Of a stretch of 64,000 bases of DNA, positions 51,656 to 63,802 are shown piece by piece. The notes below the pieces were generated by a model, which saw only the letters and a program-made list of their open reading frames with translations, was not told the origin of the DNA and made no database searches. Within the stretch, counting starts at the first letter, position 1, and each line of letters begins with the position of its first letter. Made by a program: the position numbers and the translations under genes. This DNA is from Felis catus (Eukaryota). The stretch covers positions 132,558,001 to 132,622,000 of the forward strand of contig NC_058368.1 of the NCBI RefSeq assembly GCF_018350175.1, given 5' to 3'.

Positions 51656-52532
51656 ACGAAGAGATAATTGTAAGAAAACAAACAAACACAAATGGCCAAC
51701 ATGTGAAAAATGTCCAACCTTACCAGTAGTTAAATATAAATTAGAACAATTACTATTAAAATAAAATTAATATTAAATTAATAATAAATAATGATAACTC
51801 AAGTACTTAGTGCTGATAAGGATGTGGTAAAAACAGATGCACTCATACACTTCCAGGGAAGGAAATAAATTTTCAAAATTTTTCAAAGAAGTTCGAACAA
51901 TTTTGCAATCAGCACCGACAAATTTTGAATGTTTACACAGTTAAATCAATTGAATGCAGTTCCAAGGATAAACCCAAAGTCCAGAAAATCTGAATTTCAG
52001 AAAATAATTTGAGAAACAAAGATGTTCATTCCAACTTCATCATATTGAAAAAAAAAAGGAACAATCTGCCAGTACCTTTATATAAAGTACATTTAAAAAA
52101 ACAATAAAATAAGTTAAGGTACATTTATACGTTTATTAAAAAATAACTAGTGCTTGTTTGCCAGCCACAATGATAGGTGCTGGAAATATAAAAAAGATTA
52201 AGAGGTAATAACAGACTAATTTGTATCCATTTAAAGAATGTTTATGAAGAGTTTCAACAAAATAAGGACATGTTTATGATATACCTACTGAATAACAACG
52301 AATCTAAAACTGATGACACATCAAACAAAATATGCCAAAGGTTCGTTAATAAGAGTGACTACCTCTGAGTGTTAATTTTATGGGTTACTTTTCCTTCTTT
52401 CTACCTTCTTGAACTTTCAAATTTTTCAAAATAAATCTTACAAAATAAATTTATTTCAAAATAAATTTTCAGTGCTATGAATACAAATTACAATTGAAGA
52501 ACTATAAACCTGCCACAACAGTGCCAGTTTAC

Positions 52533-52632
52533 CTGTTGCAATAATAAACTGCATTATTTGGATCCAGTTCTATGGCCTGTGTGTAACAATCCACAGCAGC
52601 AGCATAATTTTCTTCTTTCATGTGGTTATTGC
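52533..52632 (-). CDS. SGTB: SGTB exon 5, TPR1 region ([32 protein letters not shown](R))
   Basis: ttttag acceptor, gtaaac donor, 100 nt. Confidence 0.96.
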
Positions 52633-52739
52633 CTAAAATAATCAATATGTACAATAAGTATAACATACACACAGAACAAAGCCTGAAAGATACATTTTAA
52701 TCATAGAAACTACAACAAAATGAAGGTCAGCAATGTGAT

Positions 52740-52850
52740 TTTTCTTTTTTTAAATTTTTTAAGTAAACTCTACCCCCAATATGGGGCTTGAACTCACCAC
52801 CTCGAGATCAAGAGTCGCATGCTCCACAAATTGAGTGAGCCAGGCACCCC
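52740..52850 (-). mobile_element. Short CanSINE
   Basis: gagccaggcacccc reverse head. Confidence 0.8.
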
Positions 52851-53179
52851 GCCAACATGATTTTTCATCAGCAGTAGAGCTAAATTTTATATTTTACTAT
52901 ACAGTTGACACTCCTTAGCCATCAGTGTGTTCAAGTGATTTTTAACAACGTGAAGCCTTAAAGCAAGTAAAGCTTGTATACCTTATTAAATCCAGGCTTC
53001 ATAAGTGAGTAAATGCAACAATTATGAGTATCCCATGGCAAAATTTAATCTCTTCTCACCTTCCTTATATTCATCTCCTGCCTTCCTTTTAGAGCTGCTC
53101 CCCCATTCCAGATGCAATCCCTTTCCCCATCATCATCTCATTATCCACTCCTTCCCTTGTCAAAACATACACTTGCTAT

Positions 53180-53614
53180 GGGGCACCTGGGTGGCTCAGT
53201 CAGTTAGGCATGTGACACTCGATTTAGGCTAAGGTCATGATCCCAGGGATCATGGGATTGAGGCCCATATCATGCTCCAGGCTGACAGTGTGCAGTGAAA
53301 TTCTCTCTCTCCCTCTTTCTCTCCCCCTCCCCCCACTCTCTTAAAATAAATAAACAAAAAACAAAACGATACAAAAAACCCTACTGAAGGGGCACCTGGG
53401 TGGCTCAGTCAGTTAAGCGTCCGACTTCAACTCAGGTCACGATCTTGCGGTCTCTGAGTTCGAGCCCCGTGTTGGGCTCTGGGCTGATGGCTCAGAGCCT
53501 GGAGCCTGCTTCGGATTCTGTGTCTAGCTCTCTCTCTGCCCCTCCCCCGTTCATAATCTGTCTCTCTCTGTCTCAAAAATAAAATTTAAAAAAAAATGCT
53601 TAAAAAAAACAAAA
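53180..53614 (+). mobile_element. Two adjacent CanSINEs (53180-53375, 53389-53614)
   Basis: Second has TSD aaaaccctactgaa. Confidence 0.87.
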
Positions 53615-54207
53615 CCCTACTGAATAGCCAAATTCTCAGAATTCTGCTATGTGGGTAAGCCAGTAAAATTAATCATGTTAATATGCTATCGGAAGATCAT
53701 ATTTTTTTGTGCTATCCATTCCAGAGACAGATTTCTTAAAGGGGACTGTTGGACATTAATTTCTAGAAAGAATTTCAGATACCCTGGCTAGCCCACAGGG
53801 TGCTAATTTTCAGGAAGTTATCTACAGATACATCTGGTAATAATTTAGCTAGGTTAAGAACTAGCCAGCAAAATAAGGAATTTCCTGTTGGCTATCTTTT
53901 GTATTCCATTAAAGGGAAAAATGTGTCCTGCTCACTGATAAGAACCACGGATCAAAACTGAAATTTTAAAACACTGGGATTAAGAGGAAGAATTTACATC
54001 ACAAAAGCCTCTGTTACTCCTCCCAACTTTCTCTAAACCAGAAGCTCTCCTATTAGTTTTGTCTTTTAATACATCATTAGCTACTTAACAGGAGTAGGAG
54101 AGTATAACTTTGCAGGGAACAGGAACAGCAAGATTAAAGGAAAGGCAGGTAGACAAAAGCATATAGAAGCATGCAAAAGTTACTGCTAATTAAGAATCAA
54201 AAATGAA

Positions 54208-54448
54208 GGGTGACTGGGTGGCTCAGTTGGTTAAGCGTCAGACTCTTGATCTCAGCTCTGGTCATGATCTCAGTTCTGGGATCGAACTCCAGGTAGAGCT
54301 CTGCACTGACAGTGGGGAGCCTACTTGGGATTCTCTCTCTCCCTCTTTCTGCCCTTCCCCTGCTCATTCTCTCTCTCTCAGAAAAAGTAAATAAACACGA
54401 AAAAAAAAAAAACAACACACCTTCATCCTGGTTTAAAAAAAAAAAAAA
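54208..54448 (+). mobile_element. CanSINE
   Basis: TSD aagaatca(a/g)aaatgaa. Confidence 0.85.
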
Positions 54449-54584
54449 GAATCAGAAATGAATATAAAGAGTAACCTAATAGGTACACAGTTTCTTTTGA
54501 GGTGATAAAAAATGTTCCATAACTGTGGTAATGGCTGCACAACTCTGAATATTCTTCAAAACCAGTGAATTTATACACTTAAAA

Positions 54585-54608
54585 TTTTTGTTTTTAATGT
54601 TTATTTTT

Positions 54609-54639
<31 letters not shown>

Positions 54640-54813
54640 TCTGAGTAGGGGAGGGGCAGAGAGACAGAGAGACACAGAATCTGAAGCAGGCTCTGCTTCA
54701 GATGGCTCTGAGCCATCAGCACAGAGCCTGATGCAGGGATAGAACTTATCAGCCATGAGATCATGACCTGAAGTCAGATGCTTAACCAACTGAGCCAGCC
54801 ATCCAGGCGCCCC
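54585..54813 (-). mobile_element. CanSINE
   Basis: TSD tgaatttata(c/t)actt. Confidence 0.87.
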
Positions 54814-55054
54814 TGAATTTATATACTTTAAAGGAGTAAATTTTATTTGCAATAAAGCTGTTTTTACAATAAATAAAAAACTAATTTAGACCCCCACCCC
54901 CAAAATGTAATGAATATAAAGCCTCTAAGGAAACTAAGAGGATTACATAGTTTTTATGATAGAGCAAGAAATTAACTACATGAGCCTAAGTACTGAAATA
55001 CATTTGCTTAACCCATGTAAAAGATTTAAATTTTCTGGGTTATGTGGATTTTCC

Positions 55055-55740
55055 TGTTGCTATGGGCCTTTTTGTCTCGGGGTTCTTAGGCAGCCCTCTT
55101 GCTCAACTATAGACCCTAAGAGTTAAAACCAGAAAATGAAAAGACTACTTAACTCATGCTCTAACTAAAATCCATTGTTCTTATTTCTTATCACACTTTC
55201 TTGAGGCAATGATGAAGGTGTTGTGCAATGACCAGAACATTCCAACTGCTAGACTAGAAAAGCCCTGATAGCAAGGTAATGCCTAGAATACCACGCCCCT
55301 CAGATCCCTTTCCCTACCCTTTATACGTGCTGAAAACATACTGATCCCCAGCTGTGATCATGCACTGCCTCCAGGCTCTCTAGCACGTACCCCCTGAACC
55401 TCTGCCAGTAAAACTCTAGGTGTCCATCTTGTGGGAGGAGAGGTGGGCATGTGTAAAGATGGAGCCTGCCGCCTCCCCTGGCTGCTGGCACCCAAAGTTA
55501 ATTTCTCCTTTCTCTTTTCCAAACCCTCCTCTCTTGAATTACTGGTTACTCTTGCAAGAAGTTTAGGACTTTATCTGAGTTTGTTCAGCAACAGTGTTGG
55601 CAAACCCAGCCAGGAGCTGTGCTTCTGACTGTGCAGCCCCCTTGAGATTCCAGGGGACAGAGCGGCTGGCCCTGCAGTGCAAGAGCTCACCTATTCCTTT
55701 CCTGAGTGAGCAACTGTGACAGATCATTTGATAGTCGAGT
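55055..55740 (+). mobile_element. ERV-like 5' LTR (55055-55593) + degenerate tRNA-Arg primer-binding site (55598-55616) + short internal leader, truncated
   Basis: Termini tgttgc...gcaaca are inverted repeats; tggcaaacccagccaggag resembles the Arg PBS TGGCGAGCCAGCCAGGAG; GC content above the flanks. Confidence 0.6.
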
Positions 55741-56052
55741 GGAATTATAATAATAATAATAACTATTATTATTATTATTAAAATCTATTGTATATATTTT
55801 CTTATAAACCACCATATCAAAAGTCTACATACTACATTGTATATACACTATGCATATGTACACTAGATGTATATATATATTTACATATATTTACGATAAG
55901 CCTCAAGTCACAAAATATCCAATATGCAAATATTTGGGACACAAATGAAGAAATTTGTAAAGATAAATATAACTGAACATTGTATAGCACTTTATACTTA
56001 TGGGGTACTCTCCTGTAAAACTGTCTCCTTTAATTATCAAGACATCCTATAA

Positions 56053-56260
56053 GAGGCACCTGGGTAGCTCAGTCAGTTAAGCATCTGACTTCAGTTCAGG
56101 TCATGATCTCATAGTTCATGGGATGGAGACCCACATCAGGCTCTGTGCTGACAGCTCAGAGCCTGGAGTCTGCTTCGGATTCTGTGTCTCCCTCTCTTTC
56201 TGCCCCTCCCCTACTCGCTCTCTTTCTCTCTCTCTCTCAAAAATAAATATTAAAAAAAAA
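56053..56260 (+). mobile_element. CanSINE
   Basis: Head, CT tract, A tail. Confidence 0.86.
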
Positions 56261-56599
56261 AGACAACCTACAAGATATGTACATATTTTTGTGATGTGTC
56301 AGGGAATCACAGAAAAGAAACCATCTTGGTTTTGTCTCAACTTACTGCAACTCTTTACAAATGAAGCACACAAAAATATTTGAAAGACACCTCTAGGAAG
56401 GTACTACCTGGCTAGAAGCCTTGATTAACACAGACAAGTGTCACAGGCAGCCTGGAAAAACCTTATGCTTGACAAACTGCAGTGGCCATTAGTGCTCACA
56501 TGAATAAAAACTTGTATAAAATAACAATTGCTTTAACTTTGTGTGTAACATGAATCAGATGTGATAGGTTTTAGTAAAATGAAAGAATAAAAGCTTTGA

Positions 56600-56722
56600 G
56601 GGGTGCCCAGGTGGCTCAGTCGATTGAGTGTCCAACTCTTGATTCTGGCTCAGGTCATGATCCCAGGGTTGTGGGGTCGAGCCCTGCTTCAGGCTCTGCG
56701 CTGAGTCTGGAGCCTAGTTGAG

Positions 56723-56760
<38 letters not shown>

Positions 56761-57015
56761 CCATTCCCACCTGTTGCGCATGTGCATGCTCACTCTTTCT
56801 CTCTCTCTCTAATATTAAAAAAAGAAATAAGGGGCGCCTGGGTGGCACAGTCAGTTAAGCGTCCGACTTCAGCCAGGTCACGATCTCGCGGTCCGTGAGT
56901 TCGAGCCCCGCGTTGGGCTCTGGGCTGATGGCTCAGAGCCTGGAGCCTGTTTCCGATTCTGTGTCTCCCTCTCTCTCTGCCCCTCCCCTGTTCATGCTTT
57001 GTCTCTCTCTGTCGC

Positions 57016-57046
<31 letters not shown>

Positions 57047-57060
57047 AAAAAAGAAATAAA
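56600..57060 (+). mobile_element. Older CanSINE (56600-56830) with a young SINEC_Fc-type copy in its tail (56831-57060)
   Basis: Two heads; aaaaaagaaataa flanks the second. Confidence 0.88.
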
Positions 57061-57721
57061 AAGAATAAAACCTTTTGTGGTTAAAGGGGAAAGTAGTAAG
57101 TAATTCAGTTACCCATGCTGGAGCATTAAATGAGTCTCAGCCTGCATATTCTCTTAATCCTCATTTTACCAACATTCATTATATCAAAGCAAACTCTGCG
57201 GGGAATGCAATCTCCCCATGTTCTGCATGCAGAGGGAGTAAACATGAGAGCCAAAAATAAAATTTCAATTTGCCATTTATTCAATATCATTACTAGAGCT
57301 AAACCAAGGGAGCTTAAAAAGCAAGCGTTAATGGAAAATACACAGCATCACTAAGGATTTCACACAACTACAAAACTCAGAGTGGGGGGAAAAAAACATC
57401 AGGTTAAATTGTTTCAACTAGAAACTAAATATATGAAAAATGCATTTCTATCCAGATAGTTTAAATCCAAATTCTTTGGGGAGTACTCTTAATTCAAATG
57501 ACAACAAGGATCTAGTTTTTACTTAATTTTGCATGTAATTTATGAAAGTCATACTATTCTAAAATTTAAAGCCACTATAGTAGTATTAATTCTTAAAGTA
57601 AGAAATTAAAAATTGAAATCAGTCTATTTGTTGGATATACAGAACTTTATAATGTAATCCCATGAAGATAATCACATAATAGTAAAAATATAGACAAAGA
57701 TATTAAGACAATGTCATCTAT

Positions 57722-58140
57722 GGGGCGCCTGGGTGGCTCAGTCAGCTGGGTGGCTGACTTTGGCTTAGGTCATGATCTCAAAGCTTGTGAGTTCGAGCCC
57801 TGCGTCTGGCTCGGTGTTGAGAGCTCGGAGCCTGCTTTGGATTCTGTGTCTCCCTCTCTCTCTGTCCCTCTGCTGCTCATGCTCTGTCTCTCTCTCTCTC
57901 TCTCTCTCTTTCAAAAATAAATAAACATTGGGGCGCCTGGGTGGCGCAGTCGGTTAAGCGTCCGACTTCAGCCAGGTCACGATCTCTCGGTCCGTGGGTT
58001 TGAGCCCCGCGTCAGGCTCTGGGCTGATGGCTCGGAGCCTGGAGCCTGCTTCCGATTGTGTCTCCCTCTCTCTCTGCCCCTCCCCCATTCATGCTCTGTC
58101 TCTCTCTGTCCCACAAATAAATAAACGTTGAAAAAAATAA

Positions 58141-58183
<43 letters not shown>

Positions 58184-58210
58184 ATATTAAAAAACAAAAT
58201 TTAAAAAAAG
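57722..58210 (+). mobile_element. CanSINE (57722-57928) with a young SINEC_Fc-type copy in its tail (57929-58190)
   Basis: Outer TSD aagacaatgt(c/tt)atcta; (AAAT)n tail. Confidence 0.88.
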
Positions 58211-59255
58211 ACAATGTTTATCTAAGATTACAAAATTATCTGGCTAGGTAAGTAAATCATGGTCTAAAGTACTATGGAGCACTGTGTGGCCATTAAAAGC
58301 AGTGGCATATTAAAAAAAAACAACAGTGATATACATGTATGTTTAAAATAAAAATTTGATAGAGAGGATAAGACCCAAGGAATAGGAAGAGTATACTCTC
58401 TTTCATATCTACCTTTTAAGAAATCAAGTGATTGTGTTTGTTTTGTTTTGTTTTTAACTGCCTTCTTCAGTTTAAAGTCCAGGAAATGGTTTCTGAACCA
58501 ATTTTGCATAGCTTCTGAATGTGGCATATTCCCTAATAAATGTCTGCCTACAGGACAGGGAATTTTTTGGCTCTCATTCATTGCCAATACAAGACTCTTC
58601 CCGAGAGCTTCTTAGTACAAATCTTGTGTGCCTGACCTAACTCTCCTCTATAGCTTAACATAAATGACATGACAGGAAAAATTAAACGCAGATCTTCAAC
58701 ACTGATTTATTGAGACTAAAAATGTCTCAAGAGCCAGTATTGAAAAATGTAATTATGTAGTAGTCAAATGTGGTAATAAATACTTAAGTCAAGCGCCACA
58801 TACATGTATTAACAAGTATCAAAGAACTCAAAAACACTAAACATATACAAAAGTTAAAATAATACTGAAAATTATTTTCCTCTATGCAAGCATAAAAAAA
58901 AAAATTTGAAATCCCAAATTTCTCCTTTCCTCTCTGCAGGCATAAAGAAGAATTTGGAACCCCAGAGTACACGTAGCAAATGCAGTTAGAAGTAATCACC
59001 CCTTAAGTTACTTGTTTTGCAAGTTTTATTCACAGCAGATCTGCTTCTCTGGAAGCAAGGCATAACTACATTATTGTTCACAAGCCATTCCAGGTTTCTT
59101 CCATATCACATTCATTTCTGTTTCACAAATATCATGTGGACATATGACAGTTCAGACTTGGCAGCGTAAATCAGATTCTCACCAACTGCCAGAGTCACTT
59201 TCTCCAGAGTTTCATGAAGTTTTACGAAATAGTAATTTCTCTATGAAATACTCAC

Positions 59256-59325
59256 CTTCATCTTTTAATTGGTCAGCTTTTCCCACATCTTCAGGCACTG
59301 AGTTTGAGAGAGGCAAAATATCATT
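59256..59325 (-). CDS. SGTB: SGTB exon 4 (NDILPLSNSVPEDVGKADQLKDE(G))
   Basis: tttcag acceptor, gtgagt donor, 70 nt. Confidence 0.95.
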
Positions 59326-60101
59326 CTGAAATTAAATAAAAGTCAATGTACAGAGTTTCCATTTACCTGCATAAAAAAGTCATCCCACAGAACTATAAAT
59401 AATAATAAATAAATTGTATTACAGTAAATCACCTATATTTACACAGGATGAAATCTGGCTGTAAATAATAGGGTTACATAGACATAGGGGGAAAGTCCTT
59501 CCACATACGTTTTTTAGAAAAATGAGTATGTAGAATTTTTCTAGAAGATAATGGGCTAATATGAATCAAATTTTTTACTTGCTTTTCCTACATCAAAAAA
59601 ACCCTACTTCATGAACAATATAAATAATCAGTATACAAAGAATAGGAATAGAAAATATATTCAAGAGATTATTTATATTAATAAAAATCTTGAAGCATAA
59701 TGTTTAATATCTAAAGAGATATCCTAAGTCAAATTCACAGTTTATAAAAAGAAGCATTAATAATGTAACACTATTGTTTAAATATGTCCATACACACATA
59801 TACATGCACACAGGCTAAAACAACAAAGACAGGAAAGGTCTAACGAGAAAGGTTAAAAGTAATATTTGGAGGTAAAATTTTCAGTTCCTTCCTTATATCT
59901 TTCCTTGTTGACCAATTTTTTAAAAACAATGGACATATATTAATTTATCATTAAAAAAAGGCAATGTAAATTTCCTGTTTTCAGTAGCTACTATCATCCT
60001 CAAACCTCTTTTGCATTACTAATGTTCAAACCGAAGGGGCATTCAGAAATATCTTGAGTAGCAATTGGAACACAATGTATTTTTCCATTTCTGAAAGATC
60101 T

Positions 60102-60318
60102 TTAAAAAAAAAAATTTTTTTTTTAATGTTTATTTATTTTTAAGAGAGAGAGAGTGCAAGCAGGGGAGGAGCACAGAGAGAGGGAGACAAAGAATCCAAT
60201 CCAGGTTCCAGGCTCTGACCTGTCAGCACAGAGCCCAATGGGGGTTCAAACCCACGAAAGGTGAGTCATGACATGAGCTGAGGTCAGAGGCTTAACTGAC
60301 TGAGCCACCACGCACCCC
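60102..60318 (-). mobile_element. CanSINE
   Basis: TSD tgaaagatcttt. Confidence 0.86.
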
Positions 60319-60446
60319 TTGAAAGATCTTTTTTAACTTGTGCTGCTTTTACACTTGACTCTGAAGTTCATAAATAAGTCTAAAATTTCCAAGAAAGCAT
60401 AATTTGTAGCTAATATACCTATGTACCACATTTAGAATATATCCAC

Positions 60447-60642
60447 CATTTATTTACTTTGAGAAAAACAGAGACAGCACGAGTGGGGAAGGGCAGAGAG
60501 AGGGGGAGAGAGAGAATCCCAAGCAGGCTCCGCACTGTCAGTGCAGAGCCCATGTGGGGCTCAAACCCACGAATCCATGAGATCATGACCTGAGCCAAAA
60601 CCAAGAGTTGGATGCTTAACTGACTGAGCCACCCAGGCGTCC
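60447..60642 (-). mobile_element. CanSINE
   Basis: Reverse head gccacccaggcgtcc. Confidence 0.86.
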
Positions 60643-61324
60643 TTCACCATTATCTCTGTCTTGACCAAAGTTTCAATAAACTTGATAGCTCTAACTTTGG
60701 AAATATACTTCGCTAATTGCACACAAATATTCACAAGTACAAAATCATAAAGTATGTGAGTTGTTCTTATTTTTTTTAATCTTTCTATACTAATCAGTTT
60801 TTCTAAGCATAAAATATTGGAATAAAAATGTATAGAATACAAATAGGAATCCTTATAACTAGAGGTCACTACTTAAAACTGGCTACAGTCTCCTAGGATG
60901 TAAGTGTAGTTCAAGGACACATTATTGCCCTGCAGTACCTACTTTCAGGGTTTCTTCTATTTCACATCTTCTAATAATCCTGGGAAGTTAAGGGGAGGAG
61001 GGAGGGGAGTGACTTTTTGAGTCAGAAGAATGGCATATTGAGAAATGGACTCTAATCCATTCTGTCTTCTAAATTCTTCTGAATTATTTTAATGAAATTG
61101 CCACAGTTGTATAACTTTGAAAACTAATTCTCATATTCATTAAATGCATTTGAGCAGGCCATGATGTGGGGATGAGTGTTACCTGCCTTATATAAAAGGA
61201 ATGAATCCATTTAGTATATAAACTTAATTGAGGGAAAAAACAGAAGAGAAAGACCAGTATCCTAAAACTAAAATGACAGAAATAACAACCATGGACACTT
61301 GGTGAGACAAATAACTTCAAATTT

Positions 61325-61708
61325 TATAAGTTTTTATTTTAAATCAATGAGTTAACATACAATATTATATTAATTTCAGGTGTACAATGGAGTGATTCAA
61401 CAGCTGTATCCATCACCAGGTGACCATCACAGCAAGTGGACTCCTAATTTCCATTACCTATTTCCCCCATCTCCCCACGTACCTCCCCTCTGGTAGCCAT
61501 CGGTTTGTTCTCTATAATTAAGAGTCTGTTTCTGAGTTTGTCTCTGTCTCCCTTTTTTATTTTCCCATGTTTGTTTGTTTTCGAAATTCCACATGAGTGA
61601 AATCATATGGGATTTGTCTTTCTCTGACTGACTTATCCGACTTACATTATACTCTAGCTTTGTCAATGTTTTTGCAAATGGCAAGATTTCATTCTTTTTT
61701 ATTGCTGA
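61325..61708 (-). mobile_element. Carnivore L1 3' end
   Basis: ORF 61454..61873 contains SAIKKNEILPFA...ISQSEKDKSHMISL (end of L1 ORF2) followed by L1 3' UTR-like sequence. Confidence 0.85.
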
Positions 61709-61904
61709 AAAGAGGCAAATAATTTCCTTAATTATAACAATCTGTATGCTGCTCTGGGCAGGTTTAGACTCTGTCTGCTGTACTCTGCTAACAAAGACAT
61801 ACGTAATGAAGTTGCTGCTGTTAAATAAGGCAAACAAAGGAGTGACATCACAAATAATACTATACAGATACACAATGAAGCCAGGTTTAAGAACTTATAT
61901 TTTT

Positions 61905-62376
61905 GGGAATGCAAGCTGGTGCAGCAACTCTGGAAAATAGTATGGAGGTTCCTTAAAAAACTAAAAATAGGGGCGCCTGGGTGGCGCAGTCGGTTAAGCG
62001 TCCGACTTCAGCCAGGTCACGATCTCGCGGTCCGTGAGTTTGAGCCCCGCGTCAGGCTCTGGGCTGATGGCTCAGAGCCTGGAGCCTGTTTCCGATTCTG
62101 TGTCTCCCTCTCTCTCTGCCCCTCCCCCGTTCATGCCCTGTCTCTCTCTGTCCCAAAAATAAATAAACGTTGAAAAAAAACCACTAAAAATAGAACTACC
62201 CTACGACCCAGCAATGGCACTGCTAGGCATTTATCCATGGGATACAGGTGTGCTGTTTCGAAGGGACACATGCACCCCCATGTTTATAGCAGCACTATCA
62301 ACAATAGCCAAAGTATGGAAAGAGCCCAAATGTCCATTAATGGATGACTGGATAAAGAAAATTATATGTAAAAAAA
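61905..62376 (+). mobile_element. L1 ORF2 C-terminal fragment, truncated at both ends, interrupted by a SINE
   Basis: Translates LWKIVWRFLKKLKI...LLGIYPWDTGVLFRRDTCTPMFIAALSTIAKVWKEPKCP; TSD aagaa(c/a)ttatattttt at 61889-61904 and 62377-62392. Confidence 0.88.
61970..62182 (+). mobile_element. Young SINEC_Fc-type CanSINE nested in L1 ORF2 fragment
   Basis: TSD actaaaaatag; the L1 frame resumes afterwards (gaactaccctacgaccca). Confidence 0.93.
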
Positions 62377-63698
62377 AAGAAATTATATTTTTAAAATAGC
62401 AAGTCAAAAATGCTTACAGTTAAACACAATCAGAGAGAAAAAGTAAGACAGGCGTCAAAAAAAAAAAAAAAAAAAAAAAAGCTCTACTTAAACAGAGTGC
62501 AAAAAGTCAATTTGAGCTTTCTGGGAGGTAAAGAAAAATTCTGATCTCTTTAGTACTAAGTCACCAGTGACAAGAGCTAAGGAGTGAGCACCTCCAAGTG
62601 TTGTCTCCAGCAGAGGCCTCTTGGGCATCTAGGAGTTAAAGAAGTTTAGCTTCAGCCATGGGCATGTCCAGCCACTGAAATGGGGTTCCCTAAGGAGGCC
62701 AGAAACCCAGGCAATGAAAGAACCATAGCAACTGAAGTGAAGAAAAGGGGAATTCTCTGATGAGGAGTGCAGGGACACGTCACTATCTCCTTATATCTTT
62801 GTTATATAATTAGAATTCATCTGTGTGATAACTGCATTATTCTTTTTCCAAGAATAGAAAGAGAGAACAGTTTACTGCCAAACTGCCATCTTCATTGCAA
62901 CTCTCAGAACCTCTTCTCACAAGTCCTAGAAACAGTCAATGTGGTATTCTCAGCAATGTCCCTGCCAGGCTTAAATATATACTACATGATTCAGCCTCTC
63001 TCCTGAGTGCCTCCTTCTGTACTGAAGCTTGAATACAGAACTAGAATAACAAAATGAGTTCATGAGGCATCAAAATGTAACCAAAAAACACATGGGAGAT
63101 CACCCTGGGGCCCTAAACTCAGTCACCTTAAAATTTTCAAATTTATGGTCATGTTCCCTGAAAAGGCCAGAAACCAGAGACGATGTAAACAGTTCTCAAG
63201 AGCAGACATCAGAAACTTGGTTTTCAGTGTTACGTTTGCACATTGAGCCTGAACCTTCCCTTGTTTTAAAGAGGCCTTACAATGGCCAATTTGATGAAAT
63301 CTGCTTCAAAGTGATGATTCAATTTCTGATGAATCTATTTCTACGTAGTTGCTGCGTAAGCAGGAAAATCTTGTTTTTATCTTTTATTCAATGCTTTAGG
63401 GGAATGTTAATACAGATGTCAGAAATCTAAAAATGCTCAGATAATATAAAGGACTTAAAAAGTACATCATTAAATATAAAAGAAGGTGAGAGAATGAGAA
63501 TAGCTACTAATATGAAAATCTAAAAGCACATTAAAAGAGTTATATTTTAGTTCCCAAATCATATCCATGTGAACTATCTACCTTACACCTAGGGAGAAGT
63601 TAGGTACTTAAAGGCCTGGCCCATAAAATATTAAGAACTCAACATAATATTGTAGTCATATTTAAATCAGATACTAATAGAAAACAATGACAGCTTAC

Positions 63699-63802
63699 CT
63701 TACAGAAGGAATTGCTGAACATTTCTGTCAAAGGCTGTGAAACTGCAAGATGAGTATCTTCTGGGCTGATTTTAAAAACTGTCTCCAAGCACTGAATTGC
63801 AA
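63699..63802 (-). CDS. SGTB: SGTB exon 3, N-terminal dimerisation domain ((V)AIQCLETVFKISPEDTHLAVSQPLTEMFSNSFCK)
   Basis: tttcaag acceptor, gtaagc donor, 104 nt; the preceding coding exon is outside the window. Confidence 0.95.

Noticed and set aside
63309..63345. Box C/D-like motifs (gtgatga ... ctga) suggesting a snoRNA
   Set aside because: Boxes too close together, no terminal stem, and on the strand opposite the host transcript
1548..63802. Minor (U12) or non-canonical introns
   Set aside because: All donors read are GT without the GTATCCTT signature; acceptors are YAG or AAG
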